IMG/VR virus record: IMGVR_UViG_3300003154_000682
Location: 10,354 to 74,353 of that record
Direction: 5' to 3' (one strand)
Length of the DNA: 64,000 nt
Source: a virus
A program made the position numbers and the translations under genes. Of the stretch, positions 18,001-22,300 are shown one piece after another; the stretch's first letter is position 1; every line of letters starts with the position of its first letter. The notes beneath the pieces were generated by a model, which did not search any database, was not told where the DNA came from, and saw only the letters and a program-made list of their open reading frames with translations.

Positions 18001-19696
18001 TAATTGGTTTAATAATGAATTCAATTCAGGTATAATGGCACAAGTAAAAAATTATCTTGAAAAACAAAAATCGTCCCCATTGACTTCTAAACAGGTTGCA
18101 GACCAGATCAATTCTCCATATTTGTCAAAAGAAAGTGCTGCACAGGGAGCTAATAGTGCACCATTTTTTAGAGAAAAAGAAAAACAAGATGAGTACTTTA
18201 GTTCTATGTTTGGAGGCAGAGCATTTGCTGATGGTGGTTATTTATCAACGGGTTTATATAACACACCACTTTTCAAATCGATAATGGGGTACAATTCTCC
18301 TCCTATGATGCATAATGGTGGTGTTGTAGGAAAGACAGGAAACATTTTTGCTCAAGCTGGTGAAGTTATATTTCCTAAAGCATTTGCAAACGGAGGATTT
18401 GTAGGATTTGCTGAAGGTGGTCCTGTAGCTCAATCTTTAAATAGCTCCTCTATGATGAAGCTTGATACTTCTATGCTTGATAAACTTTCGAGTATGGAAT
18501 TAAAAGTAGAAGATAAGAAATTAAAAGTTGAGGATATTAAATTAAAGGTAGAGGATAAAGTATTAAAATTTGAAGATAAACCTGTAAAAATAGATGCTTC
18601 TGAAATGCTTAGTAAACTTGGAAGTATAGAATTAAAGGTAGAAAGTAAGGAATTAAAGTTGGAAGATAAGACTTTCAAAGTTGAAGATAAGATTTTTGGA
18701 GTCGAGGATAAAGTATTTAAGGTTGAAGATAAAACCATGAAGGTTGAAGATAAGACCATGAGAGTCGAAGACAAAACCATGAAGGTTGAAGACAAGACCA
18801 TGAAAGTTGAAGATAAAATCATGAAGGTTGAAGACAAAACAATGAAGGTCGAGGATAAATCTTTACAAGTTGAGGACAAGATTTTTAAAGTTGAGGACAA
18901 GACTTTCAGAGTTGAGGATAAGGCTTTTCAAGTTGAGGATAAGATTTTTAGGGTTGAGGATAAAGCTTTTCAAGTTGAGGACAAGATTTTCAGAGTTGAA
19001 GACAAAACGATGAAAGTTGAAGATAAAATTTTGGGAGTTGAAGACAAGACTTTTAAAGTTGAAGACAAAATTATGAAAGTCGAAGATAAAGCTTTTCAAG
19101 TTGAAGACAAAATTATGAAAGTCGAAGACAAGATTTTTAGGGTTGAGGATAAAGCTTTTCAAGTTGAAGACAAGATTTTTAAAGTTGAGGATAAAACTTT
19201 CAGAGTTGAAGATAAAGCATTTAAAGTAGAAGATAGAACCTTCAATATAGCAGATGTAGTTTTAAGAGTCGAAGATAAAGTTTTTAAAGTTGAGGATAAA
19301 GTACTCCGGGTTGAAGATAAGATTTTTAAAGTGGATGCTTCTGGGGCTTCAGGAAATGCTGTCGGTGGCGAAAAATTCGATGCATTGGCTCAAGCAGTTT
19401 CAGTTGTTAAAGATCAATTAGTACAAGTTAAATTAAATTTAGAAGATAAAATCACAATGTTAGGAGCTAATAATCAAACCTCTGATATAAATAGACAGGT
19501 AACATCAATAATAGATTCCAGATTAGCTAATGTAAATCAAGATATTTCTGGTCTAAGAAATACTGTTGGAGATATGTCTACCAGTATGAGGCAAAAAGAA
19601 GTTTTATATGATTACAAGTTCAGTGACTTAGACTATAGACTAAGTACTGCTTTAAATATAACAGGTGTAGGTGCAGGTAGGGGGTATATAACATAA
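2..19696 (+). CDS. Giant tail tape measure protein (5'-truncated, at least 6564 aa) fused to RNA polymerase, nuclease and metallopeptidase domains
   Basis: The frame is open from nt 2 (FIDKNRNALEKNSL-M44) and ATG44 has no RBS, so the gene starts upstream of the window. It has a TP901-type core at about 4931-5860, Ala/Gly-rich hydrophobic stretches and long helical regions. Two GTxTSDSIPAM...GEF motifs typical of tape-measure C-termini are present, and baseplate-like genes follow. Confidence 0.92.
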   Translation, partial: FIDKNRNALEKNSLMVPGVPEGLEGLKPIIGSIQDKIDSAMTERERLQTTGVPKTEGEFKTSGDVQKDIDNLTSLIKELNAAISNVIPKYVAQAQKLDYDGDQIEIHSARSVDARKDIESHFKRFHEAEPNKDITTQDVFMKRFLSEAATTKTTGDYVFGESTAAFEKKFPSGKGFDFMKSPFLNESMDYLGPKEALGVLSGKPGIGDVSNVIKDVLSDMNRPETEIAGIMGKFDKMDKSDPKQYIENIMSEIASSNSDILKQVEAGIKKRLHEEKTGDTIEAQLFKIHTGPETEGMYRMHRLGETEAGFGGGLISQQSERNSSEYFKQRNPALKAVGGRPEEEFHTMMNEMVRFGIQKGMDVKHAGEKPIAGEMVNYLSKGPEGASALWDKIQNEKPYADLKDFSKDSEKAIRMRVGELPTSEILSEAKKVTESRGGNAGDLDNSSREQLIKVLIDKVGFKGFLEELSLLVKKDAVEGLVAQAKTWSPAKKGSPGGGLPPIKGQNLEMWAENAVNAQIAKGSISVRGDISESQNPLYGMRTFFSSPKSEYDKYRDKFGEMPVPKEKVAGLSEEDTKTYSYKYKTARATASNIHQELNAAAAGSSTGAYSDMIRGSIDTLYKQQKEIESYNDELKNYNPEAAKNTDMSERVLQRVNVSPLANRTLNMNKGMRGEIERLSDLAGIPGLSDSEQFDIYRENADKFGEKKREELASSDYAGKRRKSLESETPKKSPEKIEEQIKSEMDAEVENYIKPMIEKAQALKQLDRITDVFISKKNEGRVLTDMFPREDQGAPDVPLTEARRKAIQERMSKVSSERQKTLFESEKMSSSDIPTGPGSVGTSGMGVGGVVPVHIVSAASGVTINVRGLEGGGYLPPGTASGAANAPLAQTEKVNDDLLKFKDDIVTLRETVAKTKPAWESGPRPSKEYQFSPNALSGGGNVYGNEQNKPPLTEEQRLAEQHDRLVKELTEKSELSTTAQLHADWGTLIHAKFEKTLSKQPNVEVEKPGKYTHPEAGIISGVADVVEYNTPEKKEGDISKVVDIKTTNKKEIEDLDAAIKAAGSTDIDKVIEKVNDDLKRKLNDYLSQVNAYLKIFGESAKGEIRFYDKKDFGADIEKFTPLTMNFNEERFEKDMSQLTKARDTVRKDPNKNFRNTANVVPKPEDYEGPPVEELDAAMRIAEEALARRTTFNPRNTASSYMKRKEDTGTSEEIAANTAKFAKSKLYKDLTPEDLERYLVPPPIAEGNDAKSLLTNLTTLHEQSKLYQKMRGVDMDSVKGMPKQVGESIGKVSEEGPQYQKFIELTDKLKEMETPDFTGKDYINAWKMYRAAIGDYYIKRAEAAQKQIEESDKEGDSTGANRAYGDFKKNTIQLQEFVRRSIGKKTDLYTDDKRFVYPGLAQAAGVYMSPAEIMHKVGEPLGDDQQLIDTFKGVTKGISKSDKKAPISSARDIFRELTDVNKELESTASAADKFGSLGSTAFDKLTGRVTRLRAALQDVMKQSGGELDAEQKKNLENIIGYLKTIEAMYSRIHPKEAGAPAEYGQTGVIPVPKFETPEVQAALHKRNIESVKQYFTRPEEEGGPKIGERFSYQEKITGDAGETIKNSIHHFQKYGEEIQASGEKVGKFSENNQDLIEKMQSVNASFETAIGRVIRWGAASKLVYGGMSYLGHSLDEISKIDTQTAQLKMTMNPQTTDFEKLRKSAAGLGKEYGVPVTDVMKSMVIYGQQGLSQEETIDRTRTSTLATNVTTLSGKDSIEALTSSMKIFREEGEQSIRFLDAWSEVESKFAITAADMANAIRTSAMAAKTAGITFDQLNGIVAAIGSTTRQSGKEVGTSMRFILRRMYSEEGPKALAKLPTPISSVTGSGELKEGFTVLGELAGQWKDLTSAQQMNVAQALGGTRQYNTLITLMDQWDEALRAVKDSTNSKGAAERRNAEIMATYAKQMEQAKAAATELKMEVGKLVLPVFSAGVKGLKLFTETLTAIPGPIKAAAAGALLLFGAFAKGVPIIDAIAETLDKGQSAFSGLGSSMSKQWDMTKFEVAGKGTGKDVTGLKTLNKQTADALNVGKDEKDKSFVKQGSSLSDFQTSIGKTLFMIKEVGQAYNGMIGKGAIGAGSIGEAIGEKFKGIGSFLTGGGVAKSFKDIKGMAIEQGFGAEAIREAFKSGPKAVLGKAAGAISFAPLVAGAASSVTGEAIDSSSEYVGSAGHKFIKDFASQNTGFVKSVAPLAVTVAALAPGIAAAYDEFKKLTGSAQDFAKAVEGARSKNDEQHKAITDQIKAYDTLDAKVKDIQKVSQPDVKAKRQEAGTYEAPLTSLQKIQKDVTGLSNQLADSNLNLVVGYDKLGNAVLKSTGNFKSYLTELEKLNTIKGLDIETGVLDKFIKDLTETGGSEKLKVVVKDLAESFPVIGDLVSRNIKVGPAKALEMASDDVNKRLNLKQKYPLSTAADADTQRLQKVLGSARDNFQSSYSDFDKVFKGITAPSSFKGLSPDKIQETLSSSTFKKAYELQLAIDPKFKLVKDVKPEDIMGKTILSALNPRAAGVMDVNSKFTKANLESTGVKARSDSKVYSGDIVTLMDSAAEKYNIAGNQAIIKMKKTSDGVISWVAEYFNTKTLKVEQRSMSEIEPLVDSIFPVQKIQEDLSYRMDALNTFVAGASAGLVGITGKKFKKDFSLGERFYSDIPTTTLLQGDFGYTPGKGAGKGYGKVAGTESYSKDIQEFYFEPMEKLKVMLEGTARNKLEGMDAETAPIDKGTYDEINKLLSVLKNNQAVLQFRAVFEDLMKEFAEGDRILQQNIATTRKRFETDKETAGLMQGTPKGIEDYQLGVQKVKDLTPRQALLRSSEPARKTAEELKILTLTSDSQKSQIDSTRKALVNEEVIKQVAKASGATLDKSQLGDFMEKVAKETDDKSPFRELTKVSSKTADNTGATVDRLDRLLENQGDSTTIKKMLESFGDNIGAGALDRQPKKIANALERVAEIRKSAEKSGDQDNVTRANVVLDQLSQKLVGDVGFKKATELVDDNFQLFKKDFTTSEFKQRAVSNIGSDEFLKKMEEYGTAKTMFPSPIPKSSFDRPKFSESEELKNIKKSQEGDGKETWVTGKTLASTQAAIATASYIEKLGRNKIVKQLDEQVNQYDYKIAKAREEGKGEPEIRDLSKKREAVSTERDKAQKDVDFYGIVSSLSAAGTAASELAMAFGLTESQVKGLNVAAIGTYGAMLTASKIIGEDIPDSAKKFGKEFTGVAKTIVEGEEPSAMAYGRLAASGKNLMQDTAKQTKKIFGKDNEELQTDSRKAEEASLKESFNQQVPLGMELKDSVKKFRDKGEAYAKYDDIIQSQNKEKGELFEKTKGYNPESEDYKNMYKRHDAELFEWSKGKSKDEITSISKSHPYIGLVGSGSAYSNTLQQQSGTELESMGEKARRGAEIQGGPNRLSQMLLSYGAAGLTNYASKKGEERTALSTTESKMKEQQDAMQQAMLAYPEATSQVVDDINKRRKEAIEVGKPSDIETTTKSMVQNVDSEYQQVVSLILRYEREIAEAHAKTIADMARAQNELADKEIRTSYKQGAYNAVTGESERQFGSAVNRRYSLKNIVQGGMGSYGGDVETPVLQSELSSQQRIYSEADPRLKNVINNYGDAGNRLAAAGNRMTEIKRSMNEEATLANTSKDSDVVDAAKRRYSELADELRKLMQTTDDTTKKFRDFSNAYMQLDRFTKSVIEFQNALKEVDIKSAVGRMPDVMRTNEMKDRLLGGSSPSAVQTVTPEQERMGLRTGIPLTHLRSDKYTIEKAELTDRLRNETGQQAVDTQQKITDLEERKRRDEETRQQQKNNEGLTTELAPYETQIAALTRLKMQPGNKPEQTKAYSDYAEKIAKANLEATQPITVGQYKKELDINKPKMYKEDVDTATKWLEGRKDDEMVYRGNLQQKKYLATTMPEEIKKPMEEQLKSDGEKFSSPITGKIDITNSYLRAIAQKEFGIDIAKLSKELYGTKSPEVKQDGSFMFGTGGKIADWISNFFKPSADTSAPVTLNGNEPDKAEPQPSGFMDKIKSFTDTGFGDISFGDIKNMFKSMEGPTPVSSEATKTIGILATSGGEEGASKDLGESFVSPIVSGLEKLGSILEQILGKGAMIPSSEEAPLTRASGGPISGPGTGTSDSIPAMLSAGEFVVKTASVNKVGRSILNHINAFGAIPKFAGGGEVDEDDKDKFRSSHYYTAEGEEITREDYQKMVRDRELSMEQSKSNLTESKTKGDRAKYFTSYGNGPINSYDNREDFQKAKDQYNENISKSQTLDKSASVGTRINNPFSSLGQYRSKEGMNADSSKIAHSDDKKAISRSVDTSLPERQPAFKDVIDSTKTPETAAIVSDLLTYPRDTQQAHSSYLLSSHKPTIVPEDSVANTFETIGRGIRTGYDSIGNAATAVDSAIYRGTKNAIEVGEEVARDPGKALNTAADFYGIDKAIKSIDSLIYHGTKKALKFGSEAAGTVTEIAKDPGKALNKATDFYGIDKAIKSIDSLIYRGTKRAIGMVENPMDDEFLSLRSKMEKTKTLWKDVNNVYDKVMGVVAHPLTWEKPLMENMSDPFTNELKRFPDFFFDRDFTRSMGKGLGKGIGNTELFDYMSNYKKQHKTPDKLFGKYLNRATDWTASGQIANIEALAHIGSGAVAGAASGIGGLSTLALSKMGFMSGDALDNASKTQNMLSDSGTYTPRFAPKKSKMVSDIIAAPAGALGEVGTLMGNRVAEVSGSDTMGALTATTMQALPMLLPFGKAIAKAPFRMTADFGIKTLSKMSDQPTALTAAQVSKFMYEINSEWTPNGFMGKTVKKGVGSSADYIYEKYVADATEKKAFNLKRNKLKAAGLTFESIRQFNKNEAKKLHKDPNDITGYATGGPIFGAGTATSDSIPAMVSNGEFIVNAASTRKVGKSTLEHINTFGSIPKFAEGGEVDEEKGKKGFSFSRIFRDSAEGVNKGVDWLKNERLDLVKKGTTQSGLDFTGNLLKQGALAGLEIGTRVAKSPLDTLAMGEGAISYLGNNSIKDMTSDVSSIASSAGDFISKRGIGGTLKDIGSGIGSSFMEDLKTGGTGITAGILDVLSPGKFLSKTSDAKDFKSLAGLKSHFDDLAKENEVMKNISFEFPSALKSRGEAKRLKSLIDDFSEYTSKAPEAQGLNSVSLGKSASRRLHGEEAGLYDQGNIYLNLRDTELPRTFKHEIGHHFDAESRTASGFGLLKKSKGEDIGGPLKRFVSKRESITDTINDIVDSGDSSRFVSNYAFKTFEDQGITRGAEELFAEAYSKKISAVHDPITQFRKATIEDPALNKAFSDLYKDEDFKLFRSKSQRSEAYNKRNLDNRIRGFAEGGLIGDEEENKRLKAIALEQAKSSRYYSAQGDELSEEEYKKGQSQQKRAEGDAELTKVTLSLSPRMRLYAEQEEYRKRKLEQLDEKIAEAGVPDLTTTNQSVRHKSLNSMLDGIKSVSGSAGGVDVYSPNRAPMYHPDADIYTPDDKGGYTTSKPTSNIASISDDKKVRYFTDYGKGIQEQPNVDAFHAAKNEYRGLPTSQVTSAPSDIEKFKVAEKNIATNDAMYNQAGSVIDFKSAANIGGSGIQTANPSDNLDEFHRGLDRYKQLGKWSGEEKIHKGFPSNAPPSSGVTALDTLGEVNSRISISAKENDNKRLEYAMGRKANFDKRIEDRKFDTAFSRLPSERGIRRYTDDPTKIDSRGVSEGSGPIRYQPIINNRREDEDKAHAYKASEHVNPSVAFDNRTAGGEFARENNKKIKSNLDYQMGAALLNTPAPYDQLNSLPLGISPVKESYDKAQRALKDIDKTSLTEEQKDIIRQNAERTKLVLMDYQKHYAQGDLNEHLKTSKTKKEAELAVYGGTPLLKEGEELSLRTKTKDKGIYTGLSTLAIRQIRAIEDNEKTGLTNSVAARDKYPLEFYNLYNDKLASDKRKEVQDKINKEFSTPTKFATIGTVGVSTASGISGGRPSPGVKTKEKEEDWFKYMVGTTKGDNWFNNEFNSGIMAQVKNYLEKQKSSPLTSKQVADQINSPYLSKESAAQGANSAPFFREKEKQDEYFSSMFGGRAFADGGYLSTGLYNTPLFKSIMGYNSPPMMHNGGVVGKTGNIFAQAGEVIFPKAFANGGFVGFAEGGPVAQSLNSSSMMKLDTSMLDKLSSMELKVEDKKLKVEDIKLKVEDKVLKFEDKPVKIDASEMLSKLGSIELKVESKELKLEDKTFKVEDKIFGVEDKVFKVEDKTMKVEDKTMRVEDKTMKVEDKTMKVEDKIMKVEDKTMKVEDKSLQVEDKIFKVEDKTFRVEDKAFQVEDKIFRVEDKAFQVEDKIFRVEDKTMKVEDKILGVEDKTFKVEDKIMKVEDKAFQVEDKIMKVEDKIFRVEDKAFQVEDKIFKVEDKTFRVEDKAFKVEDRTFNIADVVLRVEDKVFKVEDKVLRVEDKIFKVDASGASGNAVGGEKFDALAQAVSVVKDQLVQVKLNLEDKITMLGANNQTSDINRQVTSIIDSRLANVNQDISGLRNTVGDMSTSMRQKEVLYDYKFSDLDYRLSTALNITGVGAGRGYIT
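293..307 (+). other. DYDGD catalytic Mg2+-binding motif of a two-barrel (DPBB) RNA polymerase, inside the giant protein
   Basis: IPKYVAQAQKLDYDGDQIEIHSARSVDARKDI aligns by eye with beta-prime [32 protein letters not shown], including the upstream Pro/Val, the downstream QxxxH strand and the following helix. Confidence 0.8.
1073..1102 (+). other. QKGMDVKHAG: candidate AxDxxKxG-type motif of single-chain two-barrel polymerases
   Basis: It lies about 255 aa after DYDGD at the end of a predicted helix. It resembles the AVDxxKTG motif that follows DxDGD in cellular RdRP/YonO-like enzymes. Confidence 0.5.
2942..3330 (+). other. PD-(D/E)XK (RecB/AddB/Cas4-like) nuclease domain inside the giant protein
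   Basis: Motifs occur in the expected order: GTLIH (2954-2968), EVE (3008-3016), ISGVAD (D at 3068), VVDIKT (D 3125, K 3131), QVNAY (3260-3274). There is no Fe-S cysteine set. Confidence 0.8.
4931..5860 (+). other. TP901-family phage tail tape measure core domain
   Basis: FEKLRKSAAGLGKEYGVPVTDVMKSMVIYGQQG...ATNVTTLSGKDSIEALTS...FAITAADMANAI...GITFDQLNGIVAAIGSTTRQSGKEVGTSMRFILRRM...QALGGTRQYNTLITLM matches the family pattern. Confidence 0.9.
12416..12586 (+). repeat. 57-aa tape-measure C-terminal motif, copy 1 (ASGGPISGPGTGTSDSIPAMLSAGEFVV...IPKFAGGG)
   Basis: Near-identical 171-nt copy at 14642-14812. Confidence 0.9.
13253..13563 (+). repeat. 49-aa (147-bp) tandem repeat, about 2.3 copies (DPGKALNxAxDFYGIDKAIKSIDSLIYxGTKxA)
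   Basis: Copies start at 13316 and 13463, with a partial copy at 13253. Confidence 0.9.
14642..14812 (+). repeat. 57-aa tape-measure C-terminal motif, copy 2 (ATGGPIFGAGTATSDSIPAMVSNGEFIV...IPKFAEGG)
   Basis: Same length and motif as 12416-12586. Confidence 0.9.
15545..15860 (+). other. HExxH zincin metallopeptidase domain inside the giant protein
   Basis: GLYDQGNIYLN...TFKHEIGHHFD (HEIGH 15605-15619) is followed by SNYA (15782) and EELFAE (15833-15850), the layout of phage/polyvalent-protein MPTase domains. Confidence 0.78.
18503..19327 (+). repeat. 21-bp / 7-aa coding tandem repeat (K/R/Q-V-E-D-K-x-F/M/L)
   Basis: There are 33 in-register units at 18635-19327 (693 bp = 33 x 21) plus 4 units from 18503. 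Confidence 0.97.
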
Positions 19697-21672
19697 TGTC
19701 AGGAGCAGCAGATAAATTTTGGCCAACATTTGGAACTTCGGCTCCATTTGCAGAAGTGGTATGCGGAGAAGGTGGTAGCTTAGCAGTTGACGTGCTAAAT
19801 AATTATGGTATACCATGTAATGGTGGAGTTGGGGGCAGCTTGCCCAATTTAGATATAAAACGTATGGACGCTATACAAGTTATAAAGCTTTCACTTTTAG
19901 AAGCTTCTGCTAATGATGGACAAATTTATGAACCAATTATGAATAGTGATGGAGTAGTAGAATTTTTAGCGATTGGTGGATCAGGTGGACTTTCCGGTGG
20001 GGATATCTATTATGAGATTCAAACTGGAACTTATAGAGAATACTGTGGTGGTGTTATGATTACTGGTGCTATGCCTTTATCCGAAAGAAAGGATGTGGAA
20101 TGGAAACCTATATGGGAAGGTGGAGAAAAGGCAGTATATGATACTACACTATTGGTAAATGAACATTGTTTATCAGATACGTTTAGTCAACAAGCTACTA
20201 TAGTATTTAATGACCCTCATCTTGATTCTTCTTATGAAGATGGTATAGATAACTTATATGAAATAACAAAAGATAATCCATATGACCACATTTTAGGTTA
20301 TGCTAGATTTATAGATTGGCCGGGAGCAGAAACTGATATAGACGCAGTTATTAAAAAGGAAGATACAGCTAGAATACTCTTACCATTACCAGCTGGCACT
20401 TTAGGTACCTTAGCTTTACGCCCAGATTTAAGTAATATGGGAATAGACAATCCAGGTTGTTATGAAACAGGAGGCGTTACAGTTTCAGATGTTGAAAAGG
20501 GTGTTAAAATAGATATCCCATCCACATTTAGATTTGAGAGTGTGAGAGAAACTAAGGTAGACAAGTTGCAGTCCATATTAGATGTCTATGTTATTGGTAT
20601 AGAAATAGCAGATATGAGAGGCGTCCCACCATCTGATGCAGATGCAGCTAACAAGTCCCCAGAAAAAGGTTCTGCTATATGCACAATCAAGGTAAGAAAA
20701 TCTTATAAAGAATGTTTTAAATTATCTAAAGGAACACATTATGTAGTTGGATATACAGGTATGGACAGTGAAGATAAGACTCCATATATTGTTTTTATTG
20801 ATAATACAAGAACTGAGGATCCACTTAAAATATTGGGTACCGTACCTACAAAATTTAATATAAGCCCAGAAAGCATTTGGGAAAATAATGGAAGTTCTAC
20901 TGGGGAAGGTTTAATATTACCAACCGGTGGCACACACGGTATTTTAGTCTCAAGTATATTTGTGTCGGTGCTTTTAGAAACTCCATCTATAGTGGTTTTT
21001 CATCCTGATGGTAGCAATCGTAAAGCAAAATCTATTGCTGACAGTTTGACATATTGGGTGGCACCATTAGTTTCTGTAGAAAGACCCAGACCTATAGCTT
21101 TTAATGGTAATATTATAGACATGACAGAGAGTATAATAGATCATGATCCTACAACTACTCAAGAGCTGACTGATACTGTGTATGAACAGGCTCTTGATGA
21201 GATGCAGGGTAATGGTATGGCATTATCTTTATCTTTTTTAAATGAGGATCAATGTGCTGTTTTATCTGGGGCATTGTTTGAATATTTAAATTCTGGAGAT
21301 AGTGGGGGAACAGAGTCTACATTTGTATGTGGTCCAGGTACAGATGCTACTCTAGGAGGAACTGGTCCAAATGGAGGAATAATAAATTCTATATCTTACT
21401 CTTATCAAGATAGTAATTCTTATACTATATCAGTGAATACTGGTCCAACTATATTAGGTGATATGTCCCAAATAGAGGGGGGTCCTTCTCCAATGCGATC
21501 AGAAGATATATCCGCTGTTGGCACCGTGATTCAAGATTTAGGAAATCATATCAACTTTAAAGTTAGAATGGACGGTTTTGGAGAAAGAATAGCAGTTAAT
21601 TTATCACATCATATTATTAGAGTTGGTGACAAGGTTGCTTGCACAATTCATAATAATCCAGTGGAGAGTTAA
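19696..21672 (+). CDS. Putative baseplate hub / distal tail protein (658 aa)
   Basis: First gene after the tape measure, with a TAATG stop/start overlap. Beta-rich, with a C-terminal OB-like segment (FKVRMDG...IRVGDKVACTIHNNPVE). Function inferred from position. Confidence 0.5.
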   Translation: MSGAADKFWPTFGTSAPFAEVVCGEGGSLAVDVLNNYGIPCNGGVGGSLPNLDIKRMDAIQVIKLSLLEASANDGQIYEPIMNSDGVVEFLAIGGSGGLSGGDIYYEIQTGTYREYCGGVMITGAMPLSERKDVEWKPIWEGGEKAVYDTTLLVNEHCLSDTFSQQATIVFNDPHLDSSYEDGIDNLYEITKDNPYDHILGYARFIDWPGAETDIDAVIKKEDTARILLPLPAGTLGTLALRPDLSNMGIDNPGCYETGGVTVSDVEKGVKIDIPSTFRFESVRETKVDKLQSILDVYVIGIEIADMRGVPPSDADAANKSPEKGSAICTIKVRKSYKECFKLSKGTHYVVGYTGMDSEDKTPYIVFIDNTRTEDPLKILGTVPTKFNISPESIWENNGSSTGEGLILPTGGTHGILVSSIFVSVLLETPSIVVFHPDGSNRKAKSIADSLTYWVAPLVSVERPRPIAFNGNIIDMTESIIDHDPTTTQELTDTVYEQALDEMQGNGMALSLSFLNEDQCAVLSGALFEYLNSGDSGGTESTFVCGPGTDATLGGTGPNGGIINSISYSYQDSNSYTISVNTGPTILGDMSQIEGGPSPMRSEDISAVGTVIQDLGNHINFKVRMDGFGERIAVNLSHHIIRVGDKVACTIHNNPVES

Positions 21673-21674
21673 TT

Positions 21675-22280
21675 ATGAGTATAGAAATGGTAAAATGTAG
21701 AGCTACAGTAAGTATAGGTGGATTTTCAGTATCTACTCCATATGTGCAATCGTTTAATGTCAGAAAGCAAAGAGGACAAGTTAGCACTTTTGATGCATCT
21801 TTGAAAGTCAATGGTTCTGCTATAGGTAGTAGTCTTACTGGAGGAAATGTAGTAATTAGTGCTGGAACCACTAGTTCTCAGAGTACTATATTTACCGGAA
21901 TTTGTAGACAGGCTAAAGTATCTCCGTGTTATGATGACCCGGCTTATGTAATTTTGAGTATATCTGGTGCAGATGCATTAAGTCTCTTACATGGTAAGAA
22001 GTATACAAGACGTTGTAGATCTACTTTGGCAGCCTGGGTAGGAATAACTGGTGTTGTCAGAGAAGGGTTAAAAAGTGGTAAATTTGCATATAATCATGAG
22101 CCAACAATTACTACAGACGGTGGTAAACAAGAACATCAAAATCATCTTACTGGACATCCAGGAACAGATAATATACCTAAAACCGTAGGTAGACCTACTA
22201 CAAATGAAGATTCCAGTGCAGTTCCATTATCAATTACGATTTTGAACACTATCCCAGAAGCACCAGCACCAATTGAGTAA
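21675..22280 (+). CDS. Putative baseplate/tail hub-like protein (201 aa)
   Basis: SFNVRKQRGQVSTFDASL...IFTGICRQ...ILSISGADALSLL resembles hub N-terminal barrels. Operon position fits. Confidence 0.5.
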   Translation: MSIEMVKCRATVSIGGFSVSTPYVQSFNVRKQRGQVSTFDASLKVNGSAIGSSLTGGNVVISAGTTSSQSTIFTGICRQAKVSPCYDDPAYVILSISGADALSLLHGKKYTRRCRSTLAAWVGITGVVREGLKSGKFAYNHEPTITTDGGKQEHQNHLTGHPGTDNIPKTVGRPTTNEDSSAVPLSITILNTIPEAPAPIE

Positions 22281-22300
22281 ATTGTTAAAGGAGAAAATTA

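Noticed and set aside
18430-19162. Minus-strand ORFs 18430..18900 and 18863..19162
   Set aside because: They are antisense shadows of the 21-bp repeat (LSST/FNL periodicity) with no independent coding evidence.
18503-19327. Possible CRISPR array or non-coding repeat
   Set aside because: Units are head-to-tail with no unique spacers, vary mainly at codon-compatible positions and stay in frame within the giant ORF.
4931-19696. Lytic transglycosylase or peptidoglycan hydrolase domain in the tape measure
   Set aside because: No SLT (ES...GLMQ), M23 or NlpC/P60 motif set was recognised. The isolated GLMQ near 8431 lacks the preceding catalytic context.
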